DNA from: Bugula neritina
Taxonomy: Eukaryota; Animalia; Bryozoa
Reading direction: 5' to 3'
NCBI GenBank assembly: GCA_964035545.1
Contig: CAXIUT010000062.1
Span: forward strand, 1-21,959
Length of the DNA: 21,959 nt
Positions within the stretch are counted from its first letter, which is position 1; every line of letters starts with the position of its first letter. Below the pieces are notes generated by a model. It was not told the origin of the DNA, ran no database searches, and saw only the letters and a list, made by a program, of their open reading frames with translations. The position numbers and the translations under genes are program-made. Positions 1 through 11,912 of the stretch are shown here, in pieces.

Positions 1-75
1 CCCAACCCCAACCCCAACCCCAACCCCAACCCCAACCCCAACCCCAACCCCAACCCCAACCCCAACCCCAACCCC
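1..75 (+). repeat. Left telomere, CCC(AACCCC)12 (C4A2 repeat)
   Basis: Perfect CCCCAA tandem repeat at the sequence start, in the orientation expected for a left chromosome end; Tetrahymena-type ciliate repeat. Confidence 0.98.
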
Positions 76-248
76 GTTGATTTATTTATAATAAGTATTT
101 TATCTAACTATCTATAGTTCTAATAATGCTTAAAACTTACAAATATTATTCTTTTTATTTATATTCTGATCGAATTATATTAATTTTTAATTTTTCTGAT
201 AAAAAAATAGATAAAAAAACAGAGATTATGAATAATTTAACTTGATGA

Positions 249-602
249 TCACGTATTTTCTATTTTAGAGTTAGATCCATCAAAAGCAAATGTTTTTATT
301 TATGTTATGATTTCATCTTTTTATTAAACAGGTAGTTGTCCAAGGAGTTTTTTAAGTAATTCAGGCGTTTAATGTTCTAATACTTGATCATTAAATCGAA
401 GTAATTGAGTCTTATCTAATCTAGATAGATTCTGTTGAGCCCAAGTGCCTACAATTAAATCAAGTTCTCTTACTCCACAGTTATGAGATCTGAATAAAAG
501 TTGTTTCCTCAGAGAGTTTACATCATTTTCTAAAGGTTTAGTTTCGAAAGGTTTCGCTTATGCTGCAAAGAATAATGTTCTGGTAAGTAATCTAGTTATC
601 AT
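249..602 (-). CDS. SDHAF2: Succinate dehydrogenase assembly factor 2 (Sdh5/SdhE flavinator family), 117 aa
   Basis: With TAR=Glu: MITRLLTRTLFFAAEAKPF...LRKQLLFRSHNCGVRELDLIVGTWAQQNL...NT-TGA. Resembles the Sdh5 core (RKxLLxRSxxxGxxExDL) and has an Arg-rich N-terminus like a mitochondrial presequence. Confidence 0.8.
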
Positions 603-736
603 TGTAAATTATTATATCTCAAAAGATTTAAATCTACATAATAAATGATATAAAACATTAGAACCAAAGAATTATTATTGAATTTAAATTTTAATAATGT
701 AGATAATTAATAAATATTTTGATAATTTTATTATTG

Positions 737-1648
737 ATGGCATCTTCAAAGAGTTAAAGAGAAGTTTATGAATAAATGGTGAGTAAAAACAGATATGGAA
801 TACGTACCTTAGAATCAAAATACCTTCAGTACATTAATAATAACTAAGAAACGAATATGATAGGATGCAATAAGCTAAAAACGCATAAAAAATGCAACAG
901 AAAATGTAAAAAAATTTATAACTACAAATGCTTAATAAAATAAATGATAACTACCAACAAGAAGTCCACAATAATCGACAGAAGAAGCTAAAATAGATGA
1001 AGGCGCTTTCAATGGAGTATGAAGATTTTATTCAAAATAGACAAAATAAAGGAAGAAAGTAACATTATACTTCTAAACATTTATAAAGATCAACTTTATA
1101 GGCTCCTACTTGGATTAGAGATATTAATACTGAAAGGTAAACTTATAAAAAGAATATGTAAATGTTGTTATATTTAGGGATTATTATAGTAATGCTTTAT
1201 CTGATCATGTTCGACTTCAGCAAATGAGAAAATAGGTCTAGAAATAAGAATAAATATTTAGAAAAAGAAAAATACAAGAATAGGCAGATGCTATTTTGAA
1301 TAAATAAAGATAGTAGCTTGAAGCAAGGCATAGAGTAATATTGATGTTATTTAGCAAAAAAGTATGTTTGAAAAAAGACAAAATTAATTGTTAGGAATAA
1401 AGACTTAAGAGAATCAAGGAATAGGTTCAAAGTTGTTACCTCAAGAAACAGTTTTAAGAAAAAGAGAGCAGGATCTTTATAGCAAAGGTTTATAAATTCA
1501 ATATCAAAAATAACAATAAAAAAGGTATACTTCTGCTCAAGATAAGATGGCAAGTGGTGTTGCTTCAAATGTATATAATCCAATTACTAACCCTCTTCCT
1601 TTTGTCTACAAGAACCCAAATGTGTTGAGAATGATGGCTAATAATTGA
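737..1648 (+). CDS. Hypothetical coiled-coil protein, about 281 aa, 3 tiny introns (804-829, 1158-1177, 1335-1354)
   Basis: Removing three GT-AG introns (26, 20, 20 nt) gives a continuous frame from ATG 737 to TGA 1646-1648. E/K/Q/R-rich, ending ...VYNPITNPLPFVYKNPNVLRMMANN. Confidence 0.7.
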
Positions 1649-1707
1649 TTTTAGAAAATTAAATTATGAATTTGAACTTATAACTAAATCAATTTTGATT
1701 ATTTAGG

Positions 1708-3675
1708 TCAGGAAAAGACCTATGATTGAGAGATTGTGAGGTAACTTTTCATTTTTGGTTCATTTAGATGTGATAACTATAAAGATAAGACCTATTTTAA
1801 CTTTTTTAGGCCTTACCATTCCATTGGTTTTAAAGTCTATATGTTGAGATAGCTAACTAATTCTTTTGTTCCTCCTAAACAAACTAAAAAATTTTGATTT
1901 TTTGGTTTAAATACTTTAATACTGCTTTTTTTCTAACTCATCTATGATTTTAAATCAAATGTGCATTAAATCGATGCCTCATCTGCAAAATTCAAACTCC
2001 AGATAGAATGACTGTCACCATTATCAGTTTGACAACCAAAAATATAATATTAGGAATGTTTGTATTGATAGATAGAAGAACTTGATATACCAATTGGCAA
2101 AGTAAATTTGAGTTCTATCCATTTATCTGAATTTTATTAGTATTTGTAAAGATTTTTATTTTTTTTATTGTTTTAACTTAAACCTCCTATAATATAAAGA
2201 TTATTCTTGTAGTTAAGACTTAGAGCTGAAATCAAAGGAATGGGTAGACTAGATGTAATAACCCATTGTTGTTTTTTTAGATCAAAATATTAACAACAAT
2301 CTAAGATAAGTAAATTTCCATCAGGATCACTACTACCGCCTCCAATGGCAAATACTTTATCATTTATTTTTTGATAGGCAAATGAAAATCTAGAGGTAAG
2401 CATTTTATCTAATTTTTTTGTTATTCTTTTTTAGTGATTATAAAGATATGTTTCAGAGGAAATGGTATAAAGAGAGTCATCTTCAACACCTCCAAATAGC
2501 AAATATTATGAATTTTATAAATAAACCCCACCAGATTCTGAATAGAGTTTAAGAGAAAGAGGAGCTGGAAGTATTTTAGAAGATGGAACTGATATATTAA
2601 GTTCAAAAATAAAAGGTTACTATGTAGTACCAAAAGTAAGAACAATATCATCTGATTGAGAAATACTGCTCTATGTCTTTAGTTTGGAGTGATTGACTTT
2701 AAGACTTTTATCGGATTGAGTAAGAGTTTAAAATATTTAAGGTGTAAATTGCTAGTTGAGTTTTAGGTCAATGATTTATGTTGAATTGGTATTTATGTTG
2801 AATATTTATAGTTGACCTTTTTCTGATCCGCCAAAAATAAATATCTACTAGCCATCTTAAAAGCCTTTATGTAGCATTTTCGGTTATTTTAGATGTTTTC
2901 TAGAAATGATAGTTTATTATTATAAGTTAATCGTTACTACAGAAGCAGTTGGTCCTGAATTGGTATTTCCTCCGAAAATAGTAATTTAATTACTTTTATT
3001 TGATACAATAAAAGCACTTTATATTCCTCTATTAAGTTGATAGTTCAATATATCCCATTTATTATCTTTCAAGTTAAGTTTTTATATCAAAGTTGATCTC
3101 TAATATTACCCTGTATACCCTCCAAATACATAGACCTATTACTTCCAAGTCATAGAATAGCAAGTACATCTCTTAACATTCAAAGAAGGAAGGATTTGCC
3201 ATTGATCATTATCCAATGAATATACTTAACAAGAATTGAGGATGGCTTATTAATCTTTTCCAAATATCCTTCCGCCAAAAGCATAAACTTGGTTATTAGA
3301 ATAAAGAGTAGTATGGGTGTATCTTGCTTGGTTCATTTTGGCAAGAAGTTTAACTGCATGAGACAAAGAATCATACAAATAGCAATTTGAGGTAATATTA
3401 TTCATTGAGAAATCGATACCTCCTGAAATGAGGTATTGGGTTTGATAGAGCCAAAGCATAGAACTGAAGTTGTGAGGTTAGAAATTATGAGGAATAGATA
3501 AAGGAGCGATTGCTTTGTTGGATAGTAGAACTTTGGCAAATAAAAATTATTATTCACCGATGTGTCCTAGGAGATAGTGATTGTTGTTGCCTGATTATCG
3601 TTTTGGTAGTGGTTATTTAACTGGTTATTTTTATTGTTTTTACATCACATGGGTGCCTTCAGAACAGCATCCCAT
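1708..3675 (-). CDS. Kelch-repeat protein with two probable beta-propellers and N-terminal MGCC acylation motif, 655 aa
   Basis: Uninterrupted 1968-nt frame under TAR=Glu. Repeated kelch GG/W motifs (YLISGG, VYAFGGR, NDQW, VYVFGGY, ITIFGG, IFIFGG, YLLFGG, VFAIGGG, KQQW, LYIIGG, VCLGG). The supplied ORF 3250-3459 is a fragment of it. Confidence 0.9.
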
Positions 3676-3790
3676 CTTTATTTATATTAACTAAAAGTTA
3701 TAAAAACTTATTCCTTTGATAACACTTCAAATACTTTAATTACTATTATTTATCTAGATTGATAAAAGTAGTTATAATGAATGACAAGAA

Positions 3791-4674
3791 TCAGGAAACC
3801 AAGTCGTAGTCTTTGGTCTTCTTATATCCAAATATGTGATCAGTAATTTATCCAAGTTGGCCCTGCATTATCTAATCTCCATGTTCTTTGACTTCTTCAG
3901 CTAAATATCTGAAGTCTATATCCATTTCCTCTTCTTCTTACTTCTTCTTTGATACATATTTGCAAATTTTCTTGTTTGGATAGCATATCACTGGTTTACC
4001 AGTATATCTGTAGTTGCAAAGAGGGGTAATGCATTTAGGTAAGAAGTTAATTGGATCTCTTCTGATATAAATTCTAGTGTGATCAGCTACACTATCAAAC
4101 CATGCGCACCATTTCTTGTTTCCAACTCTTGGAGCTCCAAATGTAATGACTTCAATATTGTTGAACTCTCCAGTTGCTCTGATATCAACAAAACTGAGAG
4201 CAGCAAGGCCTCCTCCCAAACTAATTCCAGTCACAATCAATCGCTTAGTATGGACCTATTTTCTGAGATCAGCCAAAACTTTGTCCTTCACTGTAGCCCA
4301 CATCTTGTCGTAAGTCTTTTGAACTTTACAGCCGGAAGGAGCGTGTTAATCTTGTCTCTGAGTGGTAATAAATCTACCTGAAAAGCCCATAGGAGATCTT
4401 GCCAGACGTTTTTAAGGTTGGCAGTATATCTAAAAGCCAAAACAGTGTATTCTTCATAGACTGAGAGGATAGATCTGATTTAGACAGAACTTTCTTAGAT
4501 AACATGTGAAGAAATAGGTTTATTTTGTTAATCACATCCAGCACAAGTCCAAACCATGGGGTCTTCTTTTCTTCCAACTTCTAAAGAGTTGACTAATGCA
4601 ATTTGATGCCTGAAGGGCAGCTAGATAGACAAACTAATGAAGAAGGCAAGAAGTATGAAATTTAAAGGTTTCAT
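3791..4674 (-). CDS. Secreted class-3 lipase (alpha/beta hydrolase), 287 aa, one 20-nt intron (4358-4377)
   Basis: Signal peptide MKPLNFILLAFFISLSI; LAFRYT; nucleophile elbow VTGISLGG; ITFGAPRVGN; RRDPINFLP (Asp); C-terminal DHIFGY (His). Confidence 0.9.
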
Positions 4675-4845
4675 CACTTATCAATTATATGATGCGATAA
4701 AAAGAACTACAGTTGAATTAAAGTTGATCTTCTAAAATCAGTATTATATTTTACAACTAAGAAGTTAGAATATTAATGGATACATTATCCTTCAAAAGAA
4801 CATGATGTGGAATTATTATAAATAATAATAATAATTGAAATCTTA

Positions 4846-6069
4846 ATGCGCAGATACTTTTACAGTGCAAATACATTGACATCAAAATGGTTATAGAAAA
4901 ATGCATTTGCAAAAGCCTATGAAGACTAAATCTATCGCAGTGCTTTTCTTGCAGCTCTTAGAAATACACAATCTCTCAATTATTAATAACTCAGAGAACA
5001 AATTCTTAATATGACTATTAGCTAGCAACTCAAATATTCAAACAATTTGCATATTTAGCAGTTGTTTTCTCATTTTCATTTGTTTTATCACTACAGTAGA
5101 GGAAAAAATATGATTACTGATAAGATGAATAGTAGAGAAAGTACTCAATTAGTTGATCCAGATAAATTTCCTATCTGGGATCTCAAAAAGTATACTCCTT
5201 CCTATGATTCACTATGGAGGCATTATCTCCCTCAACTTAGATATGATATAGGGTTTCAGCCTATCGTTAGAGATAGTCAGGTAGAACATATTGCTGCAGG
5301 AAGAGGAGTCTACTTGCTGCTATCTTCTTTTAAAAAGAAAGTTGAAGTAGGATAACTAATTGGATTAGTTCCTGGTAAGATATATTCAAGTCTTCAAGAT
5401 TTTAAAACTATTTCTCTTAGGAATAAGAAGAGCTATCACCGAATACCTCAACATTTGCATTTTCCAAGTGGTAAAATATTAGTTTTAGGAGATCTATCTA
5501 AAGATAAGAAACATCCTTATGGACTATCTGATTCATAGACTGTTGTAGATGCCACTTATCATAACCCATATGCGGTAGGACATATGATCAATCATCCTCC
5601 TCCAGGTCAAGAAGCCAACGTTTGTTTTAGTTAAATATAAATCAATCCAAATTACTTTCCTCAACACTTGTTAAGATATCTGCCTAATGAAGACTACACT
5701 GTAAATAATAATTAGATAACTCTTTTTGGAATATTTGCATTAAAGTAAATATAAAATCAATAAGAACTATTTGTCAATTATAACTAGAGTCATATATACT
5801 CGATAGATGATATTCCAGAGTGGTTGTTGTAGCCTATAAAATTTAGTGATATTTTTAATTATTTGAAAAAAGGAGAGTATGAGATAGCTTAAAGTAGTTA
5901 TTGGAAGTATATGGAAAAGAAAGCTTTGGAAAAAAATAAATAATTATTTGATAAATATGAAATGATCAAAGTAAGAAGACCTGATAAAGTGTAATTTTAG
6001 GATGGATAAAAAAAATATAAGAAGTTAAAGTTGAGAATGGAAGACTAAAATTAATATTAACACATCTGA
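4846..6069 (+). CDS. SETD9: SET-domain protein, SETD9-like, 407 aa
   Basis: Open frame ATG 4846 to TGA 6067-6069. Motifs SQVEHIAAGRGVYL, GLVPG, NPYAVGHMINHPP..ANV, ELFVNY and PEW follow the SETD9-type pattern. Family assignment is from motif recall. Confidence 0.75.
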
Positions 6070-6212
6070 TCTCATCTACTAATGTTTTCGATTTTTATGG
6101 TTTGTAGTATTGTTTAATTAATAACGTAGATATTAGATTAATTTTAAAGATCAATAATGCGATTAAATTATATAGTTAAGTTTTATCAATAACTTTTATT
6201 ATAATGTCCAAA

Positions 6213-6281
6213 GGGGTTGGGGTTGGGGTTGGGGTTGGGGTTGGGGTTGGGGTTGGGGTTGGGGTTGGGGTTGGGGTTGGG
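6213..6281 (+). repeat. Telomere tract (GGGGTT)11GGG, right end of the first minichromosome, internal in this window
   Basis: Perfect G4T2 repeat, 69 bp, preceded by an AT-rich non-coding stretch after the SETD9-like stop. Confidence 0.97.
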
Positions 6282-7367
6282 ATTTGGAATGACTAGCAAA
6301 TCCCTCCTCTAGTGACTTTGTCTGGTAGCAAGTAGCGATCTTAACAGATATCAATTCAATCTTTGAATCAAAGTGAAGTTAAATCAGTTTATACGGTTGA
6401 ATAGTTTGATAAAAATGTTTTAGATATTATGAATATTAGTGATTAGAATTCTTATAAGGGACAGAAGAGTGATAGAATAAATCTATAGCCAGTTGTAATT
6501 GAGTAATATTCATAACCTAACTGGTAGACTCCTATAAACAAATAAAAAATATAAAAGTAGTTTTAAAGCACCAAAAGAGATTACTTTACTTCTTTCCAAT
6601 AAGAATAACCAGATTATTCAAATATTCCAGCAGTGAGATTGTATGAGTAGTTAGTGACAAAGCCTTTTAAAAAAAGATAAAATCCCATAAAAGGGAGATA
6701 ATTTTAGTTTAAATGGATGAAATAAAAATCATCTTCTGAGTTATTAGCTAATATTTTGACTAACCCCAGTAGAATGAATTTATACATTCATTATATACTG
6801 AATTAGATCTATTTGAATGAAGAAGCGAGAGTAATCAATAATCTATATCAAGATGATATCAAAAACTATAATCCTACTCTTAAATAAACATATACTAACA
6901 TTCTATGTCTCCTATGTAAACTGAATACTATCAACCATAAAGAGGATAATAGATTATCTAAAATAAGCTAATTATAAAAAAACAAGAAAAGAAATATATC
7001 TCCAGTTCATGAAAAGCCATCTGTATCTCTTTATGAAAATGGAATCAGTATTGATTTGAATCCTAAATTAAACGAGATTAAGAAGTAAAAGTTGGGTCAG
7101 ATTCGTAAATTGAAACAAATAATAAATTAGAGATAAATGCAATGTCAAGAAATCAAAAGACATTATGAATAAATCATACTTAATTATGCTATGTCTATTT
7201 AAAATTTAAATAAAGATTAGTAGTCAAATGGAAGAATATTAAAACTTTAGCAATCTTTAGTTAAAGTAAATATGGGAGAGGAATAAGATGAAGAAGTTCG
7301 TAAAAAGCATCATACTTTTGGCATGCGGGGAGGAATAAGTGGTCGATCATCAAAATAATAAAGGTGA
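6282..7367 (+). CDS. Hypothetical protein, probably 5'-truncated at the telomere junction
   Basis: The frame is open (no TGA) from the first base after the telomere (IWNDEQIPPLVTLSG...) to TGA 7365-7367, about 361 codons. There is no AT-rich 5' region and the first Met is about 49 codons in. No recognisable domain. Confidence 0.7.
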
Positions 7368-7408
7368 TATCTATATTGATAAAACTAATATCTATATTGA
7401 TAAAACTA
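7367..7408 (+). repeat. Exact 21-bp tandem duplication ATATCTATATTGATAAAACTA x2
   Basis: Directly visible in the 58-bp gap between two convergent stop codons. Confidence 0.9.
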
Positions 7409-7425
7409 CATAATAAATATATTGA

Positions 7426-9150
7426 TCATTAATATGTTATTTATCTGGAAAAAGATCCATTGAGGAAAGAAGATGACTACATCGCTTGGGTGACTTCTTG
7501 GATAGGACCCATCTCCCATTTGTCTAACTAGCCGACCCACCTACTCATGAATTGCTGTTTCTAGCCTTATGATAAATTTTATAAAAGAGATAGTTAGTAT
7601 AGCTACTTGATTGAGTAGTTGGATGTTATCATTTATACTGTAAATTGAAGTAAACATCTTTAAGTTATTGTTCTTATACCTTTCTATGAATTTACTTTTA
7701 AAAGTTGGCATAAGTATTCCAGTTAAGTGGTGTCCTAGAAGTTTGATTAGTAGTCTTCTAGGATATCTTTGAGGTATAATTGAATTTTTATTTGTCCCTA
7801 ACTAAAAATATTTTATTATTGATTTAGTTAATTTTGTTTTTAATCTGCTCCATCTTCTTTGAAAAATTTTTAGATATAAGATTAACTCAAATTTATTTCT
7901 GACATTTTAATATTGGGACGTTCAGGTTCTTTCTATGAAACTTCCAAGGTAAATAGTTCAGATTTAGGTTGAACTATCTTAGGTTAACTAACTTCCTCTT
8001 CTTTTTAAGAATTTTATATTCCATTAATAGTAATTTATTGCATATCTTCCATAATGGCTCCTAACTACAGATATACATTATTGATAAATTATGAACTATT
8101 TGTATAAATTTATTTGAGTCTACTGCTTCTAATAGCTAACTAAGTGATATCAATGTTGTTGGAAAATAATAGTTATTTCACTTATTTTCTTGATTTTTAG
8201 TATTCAGATTCCATGTATACTTTCAAACGATCAATCTCATCTTATAATGATAATATTTTAGGCTTTTATTTTATTTATTCTTTATGATGAATAGTTTCAT
8301 TTACCTGAAGGGAATTAATAGATAAATTATGACTAAAAATTTTGATTTAACTTTCAATTGGTTTAGCATCTGTGATATCTGGTTATGTTTTATGATTTTT
8401 GAAGAAACTTCTATAAATAGTTGGCGATTCTTTGCTCTTTTATTTACTAGTCGATATGTTGTCACTACTGTATGCTGCTTTATCATTGGTCCATTCTTTT
8501 TTGTCTTATATTGGTAGTGTATCTTCCTGGATAGAGGACAAAGAAGAAAAATCAATTTCTTTATCTTTGTCTTCTATTGTGTAACTTTAGTCTTTTGATT
8601 TGAAGTTATGGATAGCTGTTTATATTTTATTTTATTCTTAGTTGATGTATTGATCTAGAAGTTTTCTTGTTAAATATCCTCTCCATGTTTTTTGAATGAG
8701 AGTTGCTGCTTGTCCAGGAGATATATTTTTACTGAAAAAGAATCTTTCGCCCATTCCTCTTGCATTTATTGTCGAATCTTTTTATGAAAAAACAATAAGA
8801 CTATTACTTCTACTAAAATCTCTAACTGGAATCATGAATTTACTTTCCTAAATAATTTTTTACTTTCTTTTCTTCTTACTTTTCAACTTATCTCCCTTCT
8901 CTTTTTAAAGTTGTACTGATCGTATGGAATAAGGTTGTATATTTTTACTATTAAGTATATATTAAACACTGAGGTGATGTTTCCTATTGATTTTATTTCT
9001 TCCTGTTTTTCTATGTGTAGGTTTTGAGTCAGCTGCAGGTTAGTTATGTTTATTGATGGATTGATAGGCAAGAGGTATTTGTGAATTAGACAGGCGATTA
9101 CAGTTTTACTTTTGATTGGTAAACTTTTTTTTATGAAGTGATCCACTCAT
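7426..9150 (-). CDS. IQ-motif (calmodulin-binding) protein, 574 aa
   Basis: Intronless 1725-nt frame under TAR=Glu containing AATLIQKTWRGYLTRKLL (IQxxxRGxxxR). The remainder is low-complexity or coiled-coil. Confidence 0.8.
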
Positions 9151-9250
9151 TATATTTAAATTAAACGGGAAGCTAAAATTATAAACGGCAGTTAGACTGA
9201 ATAGTTATCAGATAGTATTAGTTAAAGATTAAATTATTTAAGATATAAGA

Positions 9251-10487
9251 TCAATCTTTATACACTATGTATGGCTAACTGAAATCTTCATTTTCTTATT
9301 AATCTAAGTATTCATTTACGGGACTGTTTGATACTTTGAGATCTGTTTGTTTTTTTATTTATAAGATTTCGTTTTTAACCCCTATACTTTATTTTGTCTT
9401 TTTTGATCCCCTAGATTCAATAGATTTTTTGAAGTTTAATATCTTGGTTATTAGACCTTTCTTTTAACCTCTCGGCATCATTTACTTAATCTCTTCTTCT
9501 GATTTAGTGATCATAATGTTTCTGTATTTTCTCCAAATGCTATTATCTGTTTTTTCCTTGAATGCTTATAATTTAGCTATTTATTTCCAACTATAGTTAT
9601 AATCAGCAGCTACTTCGATCAGTCTTTCTTATAGTTCATGGCTCCAGTAATTTTTGGTTAAAGAAGGATCAATTATGTTGCAATATCTCTATCTTACTTG
9701 TAATTAGCTTTTACAGCCAATTTTTTGAGAAATTTGAGCCCATTTTTTATTTCCAAAATGTTCACAGAGAATCAGAAGCATAAGACTTTGACGAGCAGTC
9801 CATCTTCCACAGATCAGTTTAGGGTTGATTCTATTATGAAATTCATAGTAGACATCTTCAAATGTTCTATCTTCAATAGATTGACATATTTTTTACCAAT
9901 TATCTCCATACTTCTTTTGTCTTTTAATCAACAGTTCTTCTTATTTTTCATCAAAAGGTCTTTTAAGCATTTTTAATTTATTTTGTTAAAGCCAAGCTCT
10001 GTAGAGATCTATTCCTGTTTTAAAGCCAGAAGAAGTAGCTGATTCAGTAAATGATATTTATTGAGGATTAGAAGGAAGTTAGCCTAAAGTGATTCCTTTC
10101 TTTTTGCGATTGCCTTTTTCTTGATTAAGTTTTGCCATGAAATCATGTTCTTTATCAGAGGTATTTTTGATCGCCTGTTGCTGTTCTAGGACTTTGAATT
10201 GTTAGACGTATGCATTAGGGGTATTTCTTTAGAATTTAAGGTAGCTGATGATGCCACTAGCTGGAGGGTATTAGTTTTTGAGGAGGTGGGTGCTAATGTA
10301 CTCTGATAGGCCATTCATTCTTTGGTTGATAATGTCTCTGATTTCTGAATGTAGGTGATAAGGTACTTTTTAGTTTATCTTGAGTGCGTCTGTTCAATTA
10401 GAGCATTCTTTTGAGAGAAGAAATCTTGTTCTATTATTGATTCTATTATGCCCTTACCAGGAATTTTGGTTACCTTATGGGTCTCAT
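9251..10487 (-). CDS. Multi-repeat Myb DNA-binding protein (3R-Myb or SNAPC4-like); 5' end uncertain
   Basis: KRPFDEKEEELLIKRQKKYGDNWEKI; CGRWTARQSLMLLILCEHFGNKKWAQISQKIGCKSELQVRERYCNIIDP; NYWSHELEERLIEVAADYNYSWKEIA..KTDNSIWRKY. The frame is open from about 10390 to TGA 9251-9253. The start is either Met 10318 or ATG 10487 via an unresolved intron or indel. Confidence 0.8.
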
Positions 10488-10799
10488 ACAATATAATTAT
10501 CAATCCATCTATCATTTAAACTCATTTATATTGTATTTGTAGCTTATTTTAAAACAAAATCTATTCATTTTAATCATATGTCTATTTGACAAAAATATCT
10601 CAAGTTTTATAATCAGAATATTGTTTTTTCTTATTTTGTGATTTTAGAATAAAAATAATATCTTACAAAACCTTTGAATCATCTTGATTTTCATAATAAT
10701 TATAATCTGATTATTCATGATTATTTCACGAAATATTAGTTTAATATAAGTAATATATTAGGAAAGAATATTTATAAATTTAGAGAATTTGATAGTTGA

Positions 10800-11912
10800 T
10801 CAAGGAGATTAACTCAAATGTATCTTTCCAGAGTTTTACAAGTAATCGAGAAGAAGTTTAGGGTAAAACTATTTCAACAACTAGTAGCAAATAAATCTTT
10901 CTTGAATCTTATCATTTGTTTCTTTGACATTCACCTGGAAGACAGTTTCTTAATAAATTCGATGTAGTTCATTTACCTTGAAAGCTGACAATTTTGCTGT
11001 TTTGAGTTAATGAACAGATAGATTGTTTTTTAAAATTTGAGAAAGTTCATATTTCCGTTTTTGTTTTTTAACTGTTTTTTCTTATCCTTTTTAATCATTC
11101 ATTTTAAATTTCTCTTTTAAATCTTAATTTTTCTATTTTTTGATATTTAAATGAGATTATCCAGAAATAATTTCAATCTTTTTGTTATTTTTATCAATAA
11201 TTTAATTTTGTTTAATTTTGGCTTTTTCTTATTTCATTTCTTTTTAAATTACATTCTTTATTGCTTCATTATTTTTTGAAGATGATTAATCTAAAAATCC
11301 ATCATGTTCTGCATTAGAAGGTGTATAAAAAATAGAGTTTCTCTTAAATTAATTCTAATTTTTTTATTCATTGTTTACAGATGAATCAATAGAAAAAACA
11401 GAAGAACTTTCATCGTTAAAATCTTCTTCTTCATCATTATATCTTTACTGATGATATTTTTGTAATTTTTTCTTTCGACTTTTACTTGAACTAAGATAAT
11501 CTCTTTTATGTATTTTTTTATTTATTTGCTTCCTTTTCTTTTCAGGCAGCTTATCTTAAGATCTATTTGATTTTCCTATACTTTATTTAGTTTTTTATGC
11601 ATTTCTTTTGATAATATTTAACTCCTAACGGTCTAGAGTAGAATCAACATAACCTTTTTGCTCACATAAAACCCATTACTCTTATTTTCTTTTGATATAT
11701 TCTTGTTTTCTGGTTTAAAATTCTAATAGATCTTCTGCAACTCCAAGTAAATGACTTACTGGCTCCCAAGTGCTTTGATTTTATGGATAACCTTTCCATT
11801 TAATAAGATAGTACCTCTTTCCAACCATTATTTTAAAATCTAGGATTCTTTAGTATTAGTAGTCTTGTTATGATTTAGAACGTTTTGGCTTTTGACTTTT
11901 TAGTTGACTCAT
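10800..11912 (-). CDS. Chromodomain protein, HP1-like, about 370 aa
   Basis: N-terminal chromodomain DYEYERILDFKIMVGKRYYLIKWKGYPENQSTWEPVSHL with the aromatic cage residues. K/E-rich hinge. C-terminal LLKEFYPKLLLDYLE resembles the chromoshadow helix. Start and stop are in the same frame. Confidence 0.85.

Noticed and set aside
2774-2803. Direct repeat ATTTATGTTGAAT x2 inside the kelch gene
   Set aside because: Short, AT-rich, and does not disrupt the frame; likely chance or old slippage.
76-6212. Shared TTATTATAA 8-10 nt inside both telomeres of the first chromosome as a breakage signal
   Set aside because: It is a pure A/T motif in AT-rich DNA and is absent at the equivalent position of the other two ends, so it cannot be distinguished from chance here.
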